Shown: positions 9,484-19,400 of the stretch, in pieces | How positions within the stretch are numbered: position 1 is the stretch's first letter | Layout: each line of letters starts with the position of its first letter | From: Kiritimatiellia bacterium | GTDB lineage: Bacteria; Verrucomicrobiota; Kiritimatiellia; RFP12; UBA1067 | Assembly (NCBI GenBank): GCA_045617985.1 | Contig: JAZLJP010000010.1 | Span: 9,961-73,960 of the forward strand | Length of the DNA stretch: 64,000 nucleotides | Reading direction: 5' to 3' | The notes under the pieces: generated by a model | What the model saw: only the letters and a program-made list of their open reading frames with translations | Told to the model about the DNA's origin: nothing | The model's database searches: none | Translations under genes and position numbers: made by a program

Positions 9484-10803
9484 TTAATGGAATTTAAACA
9501 GACGCCGGCACATCGGACCAAGCGCGTAAAGCGGAACATCCCACAGGCCATCTGCCTCGCGCAAATCTGCCAGCGATGTCCGAACAGCGAGCGTCGGTTT
9601 GAACTTCGCACGATACACGCCCAGGGACTTCGCCTGGAGATTCCGTTCGGCCTTGGCCTCGATTGGCACGATGCCGTCGGCGGATTCTGCCAGGAAGTCG
9701 ATTTCTGCGGACGAATCACTGGGTGCCCAGGTAAACGGCGCAATACCGAGACACGCACGAAGCTCCTGCTGGACATACTGCTCCGTCAGCGCCCCCTTGA
9801 ACTCGGTGAAGGCGCGATTGCCATCCACGACAGCCGACGGTGCCAAATGAGACTGTGCCGCCAGCAGGCCGACATCCAGCCCGAAGAGTTTGAACATGCG
9901 GTTGCGATACGAGGTGAGCGGCAGAGACGGCTTTGTGACGTTCCACACACGATACGCGAGTCCCGCCGCCTCCAGCCAAGCGAATGGATCGTGCAGATCA
10001 CGAGCCCGCACTTTGGCGCCGTCAATAACGACCTCGGCCGACACGAAGCGCTTATCCTCCTTCGCCAGCTGCCTCGGCAGAGAATCCCAGACAGCCGCAA
10101 TTCGCGGCACATCGCGCTTGGGCGCATGCTTGGAGAAATCCCGTGCATAATCCAAAAGAATATCCTGCTGTACAGCCCGCACATCGGCCAACGAAAGGGT
10201 TCGCGCATAAACATCGACCGCAGCCGGCATCCCACCGACCAGTAGATACGTTTTGAGGAGGTCCCTCAACTTGGCGTCAAATGCGGACAAGAGCTTCGCG
10301 TCGCCCGACTCGACGAGCTCTTCGAGTTTCCCCTCTCCAACGGCGAGCAGGAACTCCCCGAAGGTCATTGGATGAAGAGTCATCGAATTCGTCTTACCGA
10401 CCGGGTAACCAGTCCCTTCCATGAGCGCCAGCCCGACAAGCGCCCCCGCAGCCGCGACCGCGAAATCGTTCTGCTCCTCCTGCCAGTACTTGAGCCCCGT
10501 CAGAGCCGCCGGGCACAATTGGATTTCATCCAGCACCACCAGCGTCTCGCCCGCCACAATCTGAACGTCGCTCGCCGCCTGCAGCCCCGTGAGAATACGA
10601 CGGAAATCAAATGCCCCTTCAAACAACACGCCGAGTTCAGGATGCCGTTCGAAATTGACATACGCGGTACGTGCAAAATGCGTTCGTCCAAATTCCTTCA
10701 AAAGCCAAGTCTTGCCGACCTGCCGCGCGCCGCTGAGAACCAGCGGCTTTCGCGCAGGGCTATTCGCCCATTTTTCTAGCTTATCGATAAAGAAACGCTT
10801 CAT
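9484..10803 (-). CDS. AAA_14 / DUF4143 ATP-binding protein
   Basis: GARQVGKT Walker A, LDEIQ Walker B, VGGMP, DVGLL, C-terminal EIDF...PIEAK nuclease-like motif. Confidence 0.92.
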   Translation of the reverse strand: MKRFFIDKLEKWANSPARKPLVLSGARQVGKTWLLKEFGRTHFARTAYVNFERHPELGVLFEGAFDFRRILTGLQAASDVQIVAGETLVVLDEIQLCPAALTGLKYWQEEQNDFAVAAAGALVGLALMEGTGYPVGKTNSMTLHPMTFGEFLLAVGEGKLEELVESGDAKLLSAFDAKLRDLLKTYLLVGGMPAAVDVYARTLSLADVRAVQQDILLDYARDFSKHAPKRDVPRIAAVWDSLPRQLAKEDKRFVSAEVVIDGAKVRARDLHDPFAWLEAAGLAYRVWNVTKPSLPLTSYRNRMFKLFGLDVGLLAAQSHLAPSAVVDGNRAFTEFKGALTEQYVQQELRACLGIAPFTWAPSDSSAEIDFLAESADGIVPIEAKAERNLQAKSLGVYRAKFKPTLAVRTSLADLREADGLWDVPLYALGPMCRRLFKFH

Positions 10804-10811
10804 TTGCTCAT

Positions 10812-10914
10812 ACTATATCATTTATTTTGGTCAAAATCAAGAGGACTTTCAAGGCAATTTTGGCTTTTTTGCAGACGACTTTTTACAAAGAAATGGCTTT
10901 TTTGCCGACGACTT
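10812..10914 (-). promoter_or_regulatory. Promoter plus upstream 21-bp direct repeat pair
   Basis: TTGATT(10840-10835)-N17-TATAGT(10817-10812), 8 nt before ATG; TGGCTTTTTTGC[A/C]GACGACTT at 10861-10881 and 10894-10914. Confidence 0.6.
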
Positions 10915-10919
10915 CCATT

Positions 10920-11711
10920 TTATTCACGACCATGCCTGGAATCCTGTGGGGACTGTCCCCAAATGATTATTTCTCCCTGCACCAATTGTGTTCTGATTTT
11001 ACCGTCAGCGATCAACACCTCAATTTCAGCCCGGCTCAAATTTGTCGCACTTACCAGTTTCAAGTATTTTTTCATGCGCAAATCATCCGGCAGACACTCA
11101 AAATTTCTTTTCACTGCAACAGACAACAATCGTCCCACAATCAGCCTATGACGAGACACAAGGGTGTTCCAGTTTCGAATCTTGTCCACTTCATCCCTCG
11201 CAACCCGCAGATTTGGGGTGGTCGAATGCCCGATTGTAATCGCCGGCTTCGCTATCTTACCCGCCGCAATTAACGCCGCATCTTTTTCGCGCGCAATTTC
11301 GATCACCGACCTCAAATCGCTCTCTGGCACTCGTTTCACATCACAGTAATACTGCATGATTTTAGATGTCATCTGATCGTCGTATGCCCGCATTTGCAAA
11401 ACCGAAGACTGCCGCATCATAAATTCAATTGCAGAAAATCTTTTTCTCAATTGGCCGTCGCTTATGGACACTCTCCGGTCGAGTGCATTGAAAAGAATTT
11501 CACGAACAACTTCGTCCTTGTTTTTTCCTTGCGAGAAATAACCTCCTCTAGCCAACTTTTCAACCACAGGAACGAGAGATTGGCTGCAAGCGATTACATC
11601 TTGTGCGGAGAGTGCGTTTCTTACCATCTCAATTTCCGTCGCCTCGCCAACCGCAAACGAAAACCCATGGACAACGGCAACAAACGCCGACAACAAAAGA
11701 AACTTATTCAC
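10920..11711 (-). CDS. Hypothetical exported protein, candidate immunity protein of cassette 1
   Basis: GAGGAG SD then GTG at 11711, signal peptide (NKFLLLSAFVAVVHGFSFA), overlaps the upstream stop, AT-richer than core genes. Confidence 0.7.
   Translation of the reverse strand: MNKFLLLSAFVAVVHGFSFAVGEATEIEMVRNALSAQDVIACSQSLVPVVEKLARGGYFSQGKNKDEVVREILFNALDRRVSISDGQLRKRFSAIEFMMRQSSVLQMRAYDDQMTSKIMQYYCDVKRVPESDLRSVIEIAREKDAALIAAGKIAKPAITIGHSTTPNLRVARDEVDKIRNWNTLVSRHRLIVGRLLSVAVKRNFECLPDDLRMKKYLKLVSATNLSRAEIEVLIADGKIRTQLVQGEIIIWGQSPQDSRHGRE
10947..10961. repeat. Palindromic REP-like element TGGGGACTGTCCCCA
   Basis: Perfect 7-bp arms around a central base; same core at 14908 and three times at 26251-26317. 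Confidence 0.85.
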
Positions 11712-14448
11712 GTTCACTCCTCTTGATGGTAATGACATTGTTCGTCCCTCTGACAGCAGCAATGCCATGTTTTGAAATTTCCACGTCTGCACCGACTGAA
11801 ATGTCATTTGCCTGAACTGGCGTGACGAGCAGATTGGTGGGACCCGAATCTGGCACATACCAATACAACGGAATAGGGACTTTAAAACCGCCTTCGTAAA
11901 CAGGGGGAACCTGGGTCTTGTCGATTTTCAAAAACACATTGTCCCCAGTTCCTATTGCGTTTTCCATGGAAACTTGCCGAATCCGATACGCCCCCTGTTC
12001 TCTTCCATGATTCAAATGACCATTAAAACAGGTATTGGTGAAATAACCCGTAATGTCCTGTGCCTTCCCCAAACCTTCAAACAATTCCAACTCTGAAAAC
12101 GACACATAATTGGGGTGCAGATCTATTCCGACATGAAACACAGCTCCAATCTCCCCGGCCACAAAGGGTTCCATCTCCAAATCATTTTCCCATTCATCTG
12201 GAGTTGGCATACGGCAATCATAGACTCTCAGCTCCGCATGAGGCGGAACCACCTCAAAGGGCAAGGAAAGAACAACTCCACTATTTCCAATGCTTAACCT
12301 TGGGCATGAAGTTCCACTCGGCAGAGTGAGTAAACAACCAGTCGCATCAACGATGTTCGTCCCACTACCCAAGTCATGGGATTCATATTCGACGTCGACA
12401 TGTGGATCTACGCTGACTAATGTTCTTTCGGCGGGTCCATAGACATGCCTTTTTTTATTTGTTGGAAATTCGGCCATAGCTTCCACCGACACTTCGGCTA
12501 CTGTCATGCCGCGGTTGACCACGCCCATTCCGGCAGAACCGGAAATCATCGCGCGCACCCCCACGCCATGGACCGACGAACTCTTCTTGACGCCCTCCGC
12601 ATAGAAGACCTTGCTGCCAGACGTGCCGGGCGGCAAATTGGCGTACCAGGAGGTCACCACGTTTCCATTCGTGCCGTCTTCGTGCAGAAGGACATCGTCC
12701 GCGCCCTTCGGGACGGTGAGCATCAAGTTGGCCTCGCTGCCGGATGCGTTGCCGTAGGCGAGCTGCACGCAGACAAAAGTGCTTCTGCGGGCGACGATTT
12801 CACCCGGCCGGTTGGTGTACGCATTCTCGAACAAAATCACATCATGGTCCAGGCACATTGACAACGACAACTCCGGCGTCACGGAATTCGTCTCCGAATG
12901 CCCAGGGCCGCCCCCGCTTCCGCCACAGCCGCAACCGCCGCCGGAGAATGACAACGACGCCCCGCAATAGGAATAAGTCCCACCGGCGGAACACCCGCCG
13001 CACGAACACCCTCCCGAGCAGGTAAACGCGACGACATTGCCGCTCGACGCGATACAACACCCATCGGTCCACGAAAACACGCCGTTGAGGCACGACGGCC
13101 GGACGGAAACCTGATTGCAGTCAGTTCCACATGACGAGAACGAGAACGAAACCGGCCATTTCACCGAGAACCCCATCCCTCCCATCATGCGGTTCAAGAC
13201 AACGGGTGCGTTGGCACAGGACACCGAGAACGGCACGGATGACGTCACCGTGTATTCGAGTCCGATCAGAAGCGGCACGCGATTCGCCTCACCGGCATTT
13301 GCGATGACAACCGGGCTGCCAAGGTCGGAGCCGCCGTCAGCGACGAAATAGATCGGTGCCAGGCTCTCGGCGACGACATCGACAAAATAATACGCATTCA
13401 TGTTGACGCCGACTGCACGCGGTGCAAGTTCGACGCCTTCCACGCCTTGGGTCGCCGCGAACACATTCCCGCACACACGGTTGTACCATTCGGCGTTCGT
13501 GCCGTGCGCGTCGGGTCCCGCGACAAGAGGATCGGGGTCGACCGAGTTCTCGAGCCCGTCGCCGTCCCAGTCGAACGGGAACACGGGAGCATACTGGACC
13601 GTGCGGTCGGGATAACGGTAATCGAAGCGTCCGTCGGCGAAGAGTTCCGCCTGGAAATTGGTCGGACAATTCACGTCGCGGTTGTAGAGCGCGTTGTGCC
13701 AGGTGAGGACGAGCGAATTGCTCGGCGTCTGTTCGTGCCAGAACACACTCTCTCCGCCGTTGGGCAACACCCCCCAGTTCATTCGCGGCAGGAGCGACAG
13801 CTTTGCGTCGAACGGAGGTGGGAAGAAATGCGTCTTGACGTTGGGACGGAACTCGCCGTTCTCGAATACTGTAAGACCCGACGTCGTCTTTTCCGCAAAC
13901 GGGAAACGCCAACCCTCGGGCAGCAACCGGAACGTGTCGGACATGCCGCCATAGTCGAGCCAAGCGGTGTTGGTCACGGCATTCGCCGTCGGTTCGGCGA
14001 ACGAGTTCACGTCAACCGTCGTACCGATTCGCCACAATTGCGCAATGTCATTGTTTGTGATGGAGGCCATACTGGTAGGGCGCGTTCGCCGAACGCGCCG
14101 CAAATCCTGACCATCGGATTCCCCGTTCGCCTCACTTTGCGGCACGGCTGGAATCCGCGCCCTACCCTGTACGCCCCCGAGAACGTTAGTGCCGCCTTCG
14201 ACTTGCGTCACCGTGTTGGTCCCACCTTCTACCTGGTCGACACCGTTGGTGCCGTCCTTGGTTCCTGCAAAGGCAATCCACACGGACACAAAAATCAGAA
14301 TGAGGGCTTTCTTCCACCCCGGCAAACGGCGGAACCCTTTCCGCACACGCCTAAGCGGATGCACGCCCTTCTCTGCGCAGAGCGCCCGCAACCACAGGAA
14401 GACCAGGCAGAAAGCCGCAACGACGCCGATGATAGAAACCGCATTCAT
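11704..14448 (-). CDS. Large membrane-anchored/secreted protein with variable C-terminus (candidate polymorphic effector)
   Basis: 914 aa; two N-terminal hydrophobic segments, DWDGDGLENSVDPDP Ca-binding-like motif, Cys/Gly-rich block (CSGGCSCGGC...GCGCGG), visible shift to AT-richer DNA below ~12480. Confidence 0.8.
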   Translation of the reverse strand: MNAVSIIGVVAAFCLVFLWLRALCAEKGVHPLRRVRKGFRRLPGWKKALILIFVSVWIAFAGTKDGTNGVDQVEGGTNTVTQVEGGTNVLGGVQGRARIPAVPQSEANGESDGQDLRRVRRTRPTSMASITNNDIAQLWRIGTTVDVNSFAEPTANAVTNTAWLDYGGMSDTFRLLPEGWRFPFAEKTTSGLTVFENGEFRPNVKTHFFPPPFDAKLSLLPRMNWGVLPNGGESVFWHEQTPSNSLVLTWHNALYNRDVNCPTNFQAELFADGRFDYRYPDRTVQYAPVFPFDWDGDGLENSVDPDPLVAGPDAHGTNAEWYNRVCGNVFAATQGVEGVELAPRAVGVNMNAYYFVDVVAESLAPIYFVADGGSDLGSPVVIANAGEANRVPLLIGLEYTVTSSVPFSVSCANAPVVLNRMMGGMGFSVKWPVSFSFSSCGTDCNQVSVRPSCLNGVFSWTDGCCIASSGNVVAFTCSGGCSCGGCSAGGTYSYCGASLSFSGGGCGCGGSGGGPGHSETNSVTPELSLSMCLDHDVILFENAYTNRPGEIVARRSTFVCVQLAYGNASGSEANLMLTVPKGADDVLLHEDGTNGNVVTSWYANLPPGTSGSKVFYAEGVKKSSSVHGVGVRAMISGSAGMGVVNRGMTVAEVSVEAMAEFPTNKKRHVYGPAERTLVSVDPHVDVEYESHDLGSGTNIVDATGCLLTLPSGTSCPRLSIGNSGVVLSLPFEVVPPHAELRVYDCRMPTPDEWENDLEMEPFVAGEIGAVFHVGIDLHPNYVSFSELELFEGLGKAQDITGYFTNTCFNGHLNHGREQGAYRIRQVSMENAIGTGDNVFLKIDKTQVPPVYEGGFKVPIPLYWYVPDSGPTNLLVTPVQANDISVGADVEISKHGIAAVRGTNNVITIKRSERE

Positions 14449-14456
14449 GGTTCACC

Positions 14457-14812
14457 TCACCGGAAAAGAATTGCGGTCGGATCCAACGGCGTCCCGACCG
14501 TGAAGGTTTCATCCAAATGGGAAATGGAGAATGGAAAATGAAAAATACACAAGGCCCCTACACCCATTTTACATTCTCCATTTTCAATTTTTCATTTGAG
14601 GCGAACACCGCCTCCACATTGTTCGACGGCGTAGCGAGACACGACAACGAAAACGCAAACTTCGCAGCCCCGCGCTGCCACGAGGACATGACGACGTTCG
14701 TCGCCACCTCTGTGTCGGCGTGAACGACCTGCGGCAGGAACAATGCCGTCGGCACTGTCGCCCACACGGGCATCATAGATAGAAGCAATAAAACTGAAAC
14801 AGCCTTTTTCAT
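14457..14812 (-). pseudogene. Disrupted small exported protein (cassette accessory gene)
   Basis: N-part MKKAVSVLLLLS...HADTEVATNV...ATPSNNVEAVF from ATG 14812 runs into a heptamer hairpin; a C-part in another frame reads HLDETFTVGTPLDPTAILFR* (TGA 14457-14459), 8 nt before the next ATG. Confidence 0.7.
14515..14598. repeat. Inverted array of GAAAATG-type heptamers
   Basis: AAATGGGAAATGGAGAATGGAAAATGAAAAAT...ATTTTACATTCTCCATTTTCAATTTTTCATTT around a ~20-nt loop. Confidence 0.8.
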
Positions 14813-14821
14813 CTGCGGGAT

Positions 14822-14850
14822 AGTATACATCATCATCATCATTTCGTAAA
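14822..14850 (-). promoter_or_regulatory. Promoter with (ATG)5 repeat in its spacer
   Basis: TTTACG(14850-14845)-AA(ATG)5 (17 nt)-TATACT(14827-14822), 9 nt before ATG 14812. Confidence 0.65.
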
Positions 14851-14907
14851 CTCAATTTGATTTGATTTTCAGGCTCGTCGGCTAATCATGAAGACATGAG
14901 GCTTGCA

Positions 14908-14920
14908 GGGACAGTCCCCA
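14908..14920. repeat. REP-like element GGGACAGTCCCCA
   Basis: Same core as 10947, opposite orientation. Confidence 0.75.
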
Positions 14921-15038
14921 TGTGATTTTGAGGGGCTTCTGGCCAATGGCAATCCCCTCCAATGCAAGCGCGGTCTCGCCCAACGTAAGCGTGTTCCCCA
15001 AATCGGTCGACTAGACTGTTCGCTACGCCCGAGTTGCT

Positions 15039-16409
15039 TCAGCGGAACGTGCAACGGTCGATGACAACGCCCGTTGTGTCGTCCTGCACAATCGGCGGAC
15101 GCTCTTCGATTTCCCCTGTGTAGCGAAGGCGCACGTTTTCGAAGCGGATGTCATCTGCATGGCGCACATAGAAGCCGTAGGCCGGCAGCATCGTTCCGAA
15201 CATCCGGTTCTCGGGATAGTTCTTCTCGCGTTCGGGCACGGGCCCCGACGAAGCCCGGCGCGTACCGCCGCCCCTCACCGTGAAGTCGAGATCCCGAAGT
15301 ACGATGTTACGCGGCCGCAGGCCCGGCACGCCGGTGATGGAGCTCGCAATGAGGCATTCCGTCTGGTCCACGCGGATGCGTTCGATAAGGATGTTCTGCA
15401 AACAGCTCTTCTGGCCCGGCCTGGGCGAACGGCGGCGTCCATAGCGGATGAAGAGCGGTGTCTGCACGCCCTCCTTCATCACGAGGTCGTGCACGTGGAT
15501 GTTCTCCATGAATCCGCCGTCCACCACTTCCAGCGCCACGCCCGCGATGCCCGTTTGCGGACCCGTCACGCCCGGCACGATCGACGGCCGCCAGTTGAAG
15601 TGGCTCTTCGCGCACGGCCGCACGAGCGTGCAATGGTGGATTCGGCAGTCGGCGAACCCCGTGTGACTCGACGTACCGAACTTGATGAAGTTGCAGTTCG
15701 AGGCGAGCGTGCAGTTCCGCACTTCGACGTTCCGCACCACGAAGCCGGGCGTATCGCTCTTGAGGCAGATCGCGTCGTCCTCCGCATCGATCACGCAGTC
15801 TTCGATGAGCACGTTCTGAGCGTCGATGTCAATCCCGTCGCCGTTGTAGTTGGCATGGCTGTTGATGGTCACGCGGCGGGCGACAACGTTCGTGCAAGCC
15901 GAGAAGTAGCAGGTCCAGAAAGACGGGTCGCGCAGCGTCACGCCCTCCAGTTTTACGCCGTCGCAACGCGCGAAGAGACAGTCCGACCACCGCCGGCTGT
16001 CGTTGTTGTTATGGACGGCAAAGCGCCCGCGGCCATTCACCACGCCTTCGCCCGTGAGCGCCACGTTGTGCGCATCGCGGGCGTTGACGATCGCGTGGTC
16101 GAGCCCCTTCACTGAACTCGGGCACAACACATAGTCGGTAAAGTTGGTCGACCCGACGAGCGTCGCGCCCTTTTCGAGATGGAGCGCCACGTTGTCCTTC
16201 AGGAAGATGCTCGCAACGGCGTAGTCGCCCGGCGCGAGACGCACCGTGCCGCCGCCCTTCGCCGTTGCTGCGTCGATTGCCTGCTGAATGCCCGCAGTGG
16301 CCGATTTGCCCGCAAAGGTTTCAGCCCGCAACGTGGTCGTCGCAACATCGGCGAACGCCGTCACTCCCGTGACCGCCGCCACCAAACCAATCAAATACTG
16401 TTTTCTCAT
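15039..16409 (-). CDS. Glycoside hydrolase family 28 (pectin-lyase beta-helix)
   Basis: Signal peptide; IQQAIDAA..GGGTV, NGDGID, EDDAICLKS, IKFGT motifs. Confidence 0.88.
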   Translation of the reverse strand: MRKQYLIGLVAAVTGVTAFADVATTTLRAETFAGKSATAGIQQAIDAATAKGGGTVRLAPGDYAVASIFLKDNVALHLEKGATLVGSTNFTDYVLCPSSVKGLDHAIVNARDAHNVALTGEGVVNGRGRFAVHNNNDSRRWSDCLFARCDGVKLEGVTLRDPSFWTCYFSACTNVVARRVTINSHANYNGDGIDIDAQNVLIEDCVIDAEDDAICLKSDTPGFVVRNVEVRNCTLASNCNFIKFGTSSHTGFADCRIHHCTLVRPCAKSHFNWRPSIVPGVTGPQTGIAGVALEVVDGGFMENIHVHDLVMKEGVQTPLFIRYGRRRSPRPGQKSCLQNILIERIRVDQTECLIASSITGVPGLRPRNIVLRDLDFTVRGGGTRRASSGPVPEREKNYPENRMFGTMLPAYGFYVRHADDIRFENVRLRYTGEIEERPPIVQDDTTGVVIDRCTFR

Positions 16410-16427
16410 TGATGTCTCACTTTTTGT

Positions 16428-19400
16428 TTAACGGAAAAGAATCTGGCAGCCCCGCAACACGCGAAGGCCTTCGTCGTTCGCCACAAGCGACGCACGTTCG
16501 TTCTTCGCCCGGAACCGAACACCCGGCTTGGCGCTCCACCGAATCAGATAGTCGCCCGACGGCACATGCCGGGACGGCATCACGACATCGATCAACGATG
16601 CGCCCGCCGCGAAGGAAAGGCTCTTCCCCACTGCATCCACCGCGTTCTGACGGTCCGTCAGGTCGATCGTTGCGCCGTTTTGCAACTCGACATTGTAGAT
16701 GTAGTCCGTCACCGGCGTATAGGTGCCGAATACCTGGATCTTTCCCGTGCCCGTGCTCGCCGTTTCACCGGCATAGCGCAAGGTGAGGTCGCGCACCTGG
16801 ATGCCCCTGTTAATCGTGAAGAACACCCCAAGGTCAAGATCCAGCGTGCGGGCATCGTAGATTTCCGGCACTTCGGGCCTTGTAGACGTATCGATCATGA
16901 ACTTGCCCGCGCCCGCCGCCACCATCGTGCCGTCCTTATAGGTACCGCAGCCGTCGAGAGTAAAGTCCTTCCCGGCGGCGATGTTCACGGTGAGCGTCTT
17001 GCCGCCCAAATCGATCGTATAAGGTTCGGAGTTCTTATTATGGCGCAGCGAACCTGCCACGTCAAACGTCGAGTTCGCGCGGAGCGTCACCTCGCCGCAG
17101 CACCAATAGCCTTTGGCCGAGCCGTTGACCAGATCCGCGCCGTGGTTCGCGAGCGTACCGCCGTTAAGGATGAGACCATAGTGTCCATAGTCGTAAAGTC
17201 CATTGACATCAAGCGTACCGCCCGCATCAATGGTGATCGTATTCGAGGCCCTGTCGGGCAATCCCCAAGGTTTGTTCGCGTTGATCCCCAGCGTCGCCTT
17301 CGCCGTACCGGCGACGATTTCCGTACCGTTCACATAGGATTGGTTGCTCTTCGCCACCACCAAAGTACCCTCGCCCTCTTTGACGAGCTTCACGTTGCCC
17401 AAGAGCGCAATCTTGTCGTTGGTCGCCGTGGCACCGGCCGGCACGTCGATGTGGACCTCGCCCACGAGCCCCGCTCCGTTTGCATCGGTGATCGCGAACG
17501 ATTTCGGCGTGACCCCCGAGAGGGACAACTGCAGGACATGGCCATTGAGATCGATGTTCCCATTCGCCGTAAGAAGCGCAAGATTCAACCCGCGCCAATC
17601 GCAATTCGCGCCAAGCGAAGAAGGCGCGGCAATCGCCTTGCAGAGGAACGGCGCACCGTTCGTGCAGCTGAACGTGCATCCCGCCGGTAAAATGACCAAC
17701 GTATCCAAGGTGGGAAGCGCCCCCTCGAGCGTCTCGCCCAACGCATTCTTGCACTGCCAGTTGGAAGAATCGGCAATGTCGCCGTTTCCGGAATTCATCC
17801 AGGTCGCCTCAATAACGGCATTGGGATTCACCTGCATCAGCAATTGGCCGTTCGCCACGGAAAACGTCATCATCGCGTCGCCCGAAGGCGTCGAACGAAT
17901 GAAATCAACCGGGCCATCCGGCAGATCGACGCCGGAGGAAATGAGCACATAGGGCGTTTCCCGAAGCGCCGCCGCACCGTACTTGTGAACATCGACGAGG
18001 AGCGGATTCTCCGGCGACGCTCCGGCGAAGATCACCGCCGTCGGCGCAAGGCTATCGCATTCCGTCACCATGACATCCACGGCAAGCGTCGTACCGCCTC
18101 TCAACGTGAGTTCACTCGTCACCGTGCAGGCGGCGATCATCTCGTTCTGAAGAGAGAACGTGCCTTCTGAAACCGTGAGGGGAATCGAAATCGTCTCGAT
18201 ACCGGCGGCATTGATCACCCGGTTGCCCACCTTTTCAAGGCGCGTGAAACCGGCGAAGTCATCCTTCATAAGATCGCCCTCATAGGCCTGAAACACCGTC
18301 CCCGTGACAGCGCACACGCAACCGGGATACAAATTATTGCCCGCCGCCTTCGCGCGGAATGTATTGTACCCGTTCACATCATACATGCCGATCGTGCCAT
18401 CGTTCTTGAGTGCAGGCACGAGTTCGCAAACCGGCGTTCCATCCGCCGTCGTCATCAAAAAGGAATAGAACCTGAGTTTTCCCTTGTCGGTCGGCGTGGC
18501 AGTTCCCTGGCGCAACGCGAAGAGCACCATCGTCTTCGCACAGTCGCCGGAGGTCTTCACCCCGGTCAAAGTCTCCGTCCAGTTCTCATCCCCCACCGGC
18601 TTCCACGACATCGCCGTCTTCGTGCAGTTCATGGAAATGCGCTGCTCATAGAACGCCGGATTCGATCCCAAAATCGCATTGCCGCGCAGATACCGGTATT
18701 GGCCCGTACCGCCCGCACCGCAGCGAACCGCAACTTCGTAGGCCTTCGTACTTCCCGTCTCCCGAACGGCAAACGCCGTCGCCCAATTGGAGGCCTGAAC
18801 CTTGTAGGCGTAGATATCCGTTTTAATCTCATAGCTCTCCTTCGGGATCACGCCCGTATCGATGTATTGGGTACCATCCGATTCGATGAAACTCAAACGG
18901 CGGTAGCCGTTCAGGGTTCCCGACTTCGCGGCGAACTTTCCCTCCACCGTATCCCACAATCCCGCATCGCCCGCCGGATTGAGGCAGGGGATGTAGTCGC
19001 GCCGAACTGCGCCGTCCGCCGATTCGACCCGGAAGGAAAAGAGCTTGTATTTCGACTTGTCCGAATCCGCACATGTCCCGCCATTGTTCAAGCCGAAGAT
19101 GTAGAGCGGAAAGACGCAGTCGCCATTCAACGCGGACGCGCTCACCGTCGTTCCCACCCCTTCTCCGACCGGTTTCCACGTGCTGTTCACGCCGTTGCAG
19201 ACGATTTCAACGCGACGGTTGAAAAAGTTGGTCACCACCACCACGGACGCCGAAGCGCGCAGGTAGCGAAGCGTAAAGTCGGCGCCCGCACTGCCAACCT
19301 TTCCATGGACGTCAAACTCAAAGGCGTGAGACGATGACTTGTCACGCGTGCCAAATGCCGCCGCCCACGTATTCTGGCTGTGCGGCACGCACATTTCCGC

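Noticed and set aside
14813-14842. Protein starting MMMMMYTIPQ
   Set aside because: The ATG run lies in a promoter spacer; the signal peptide begins at ATG 14812.
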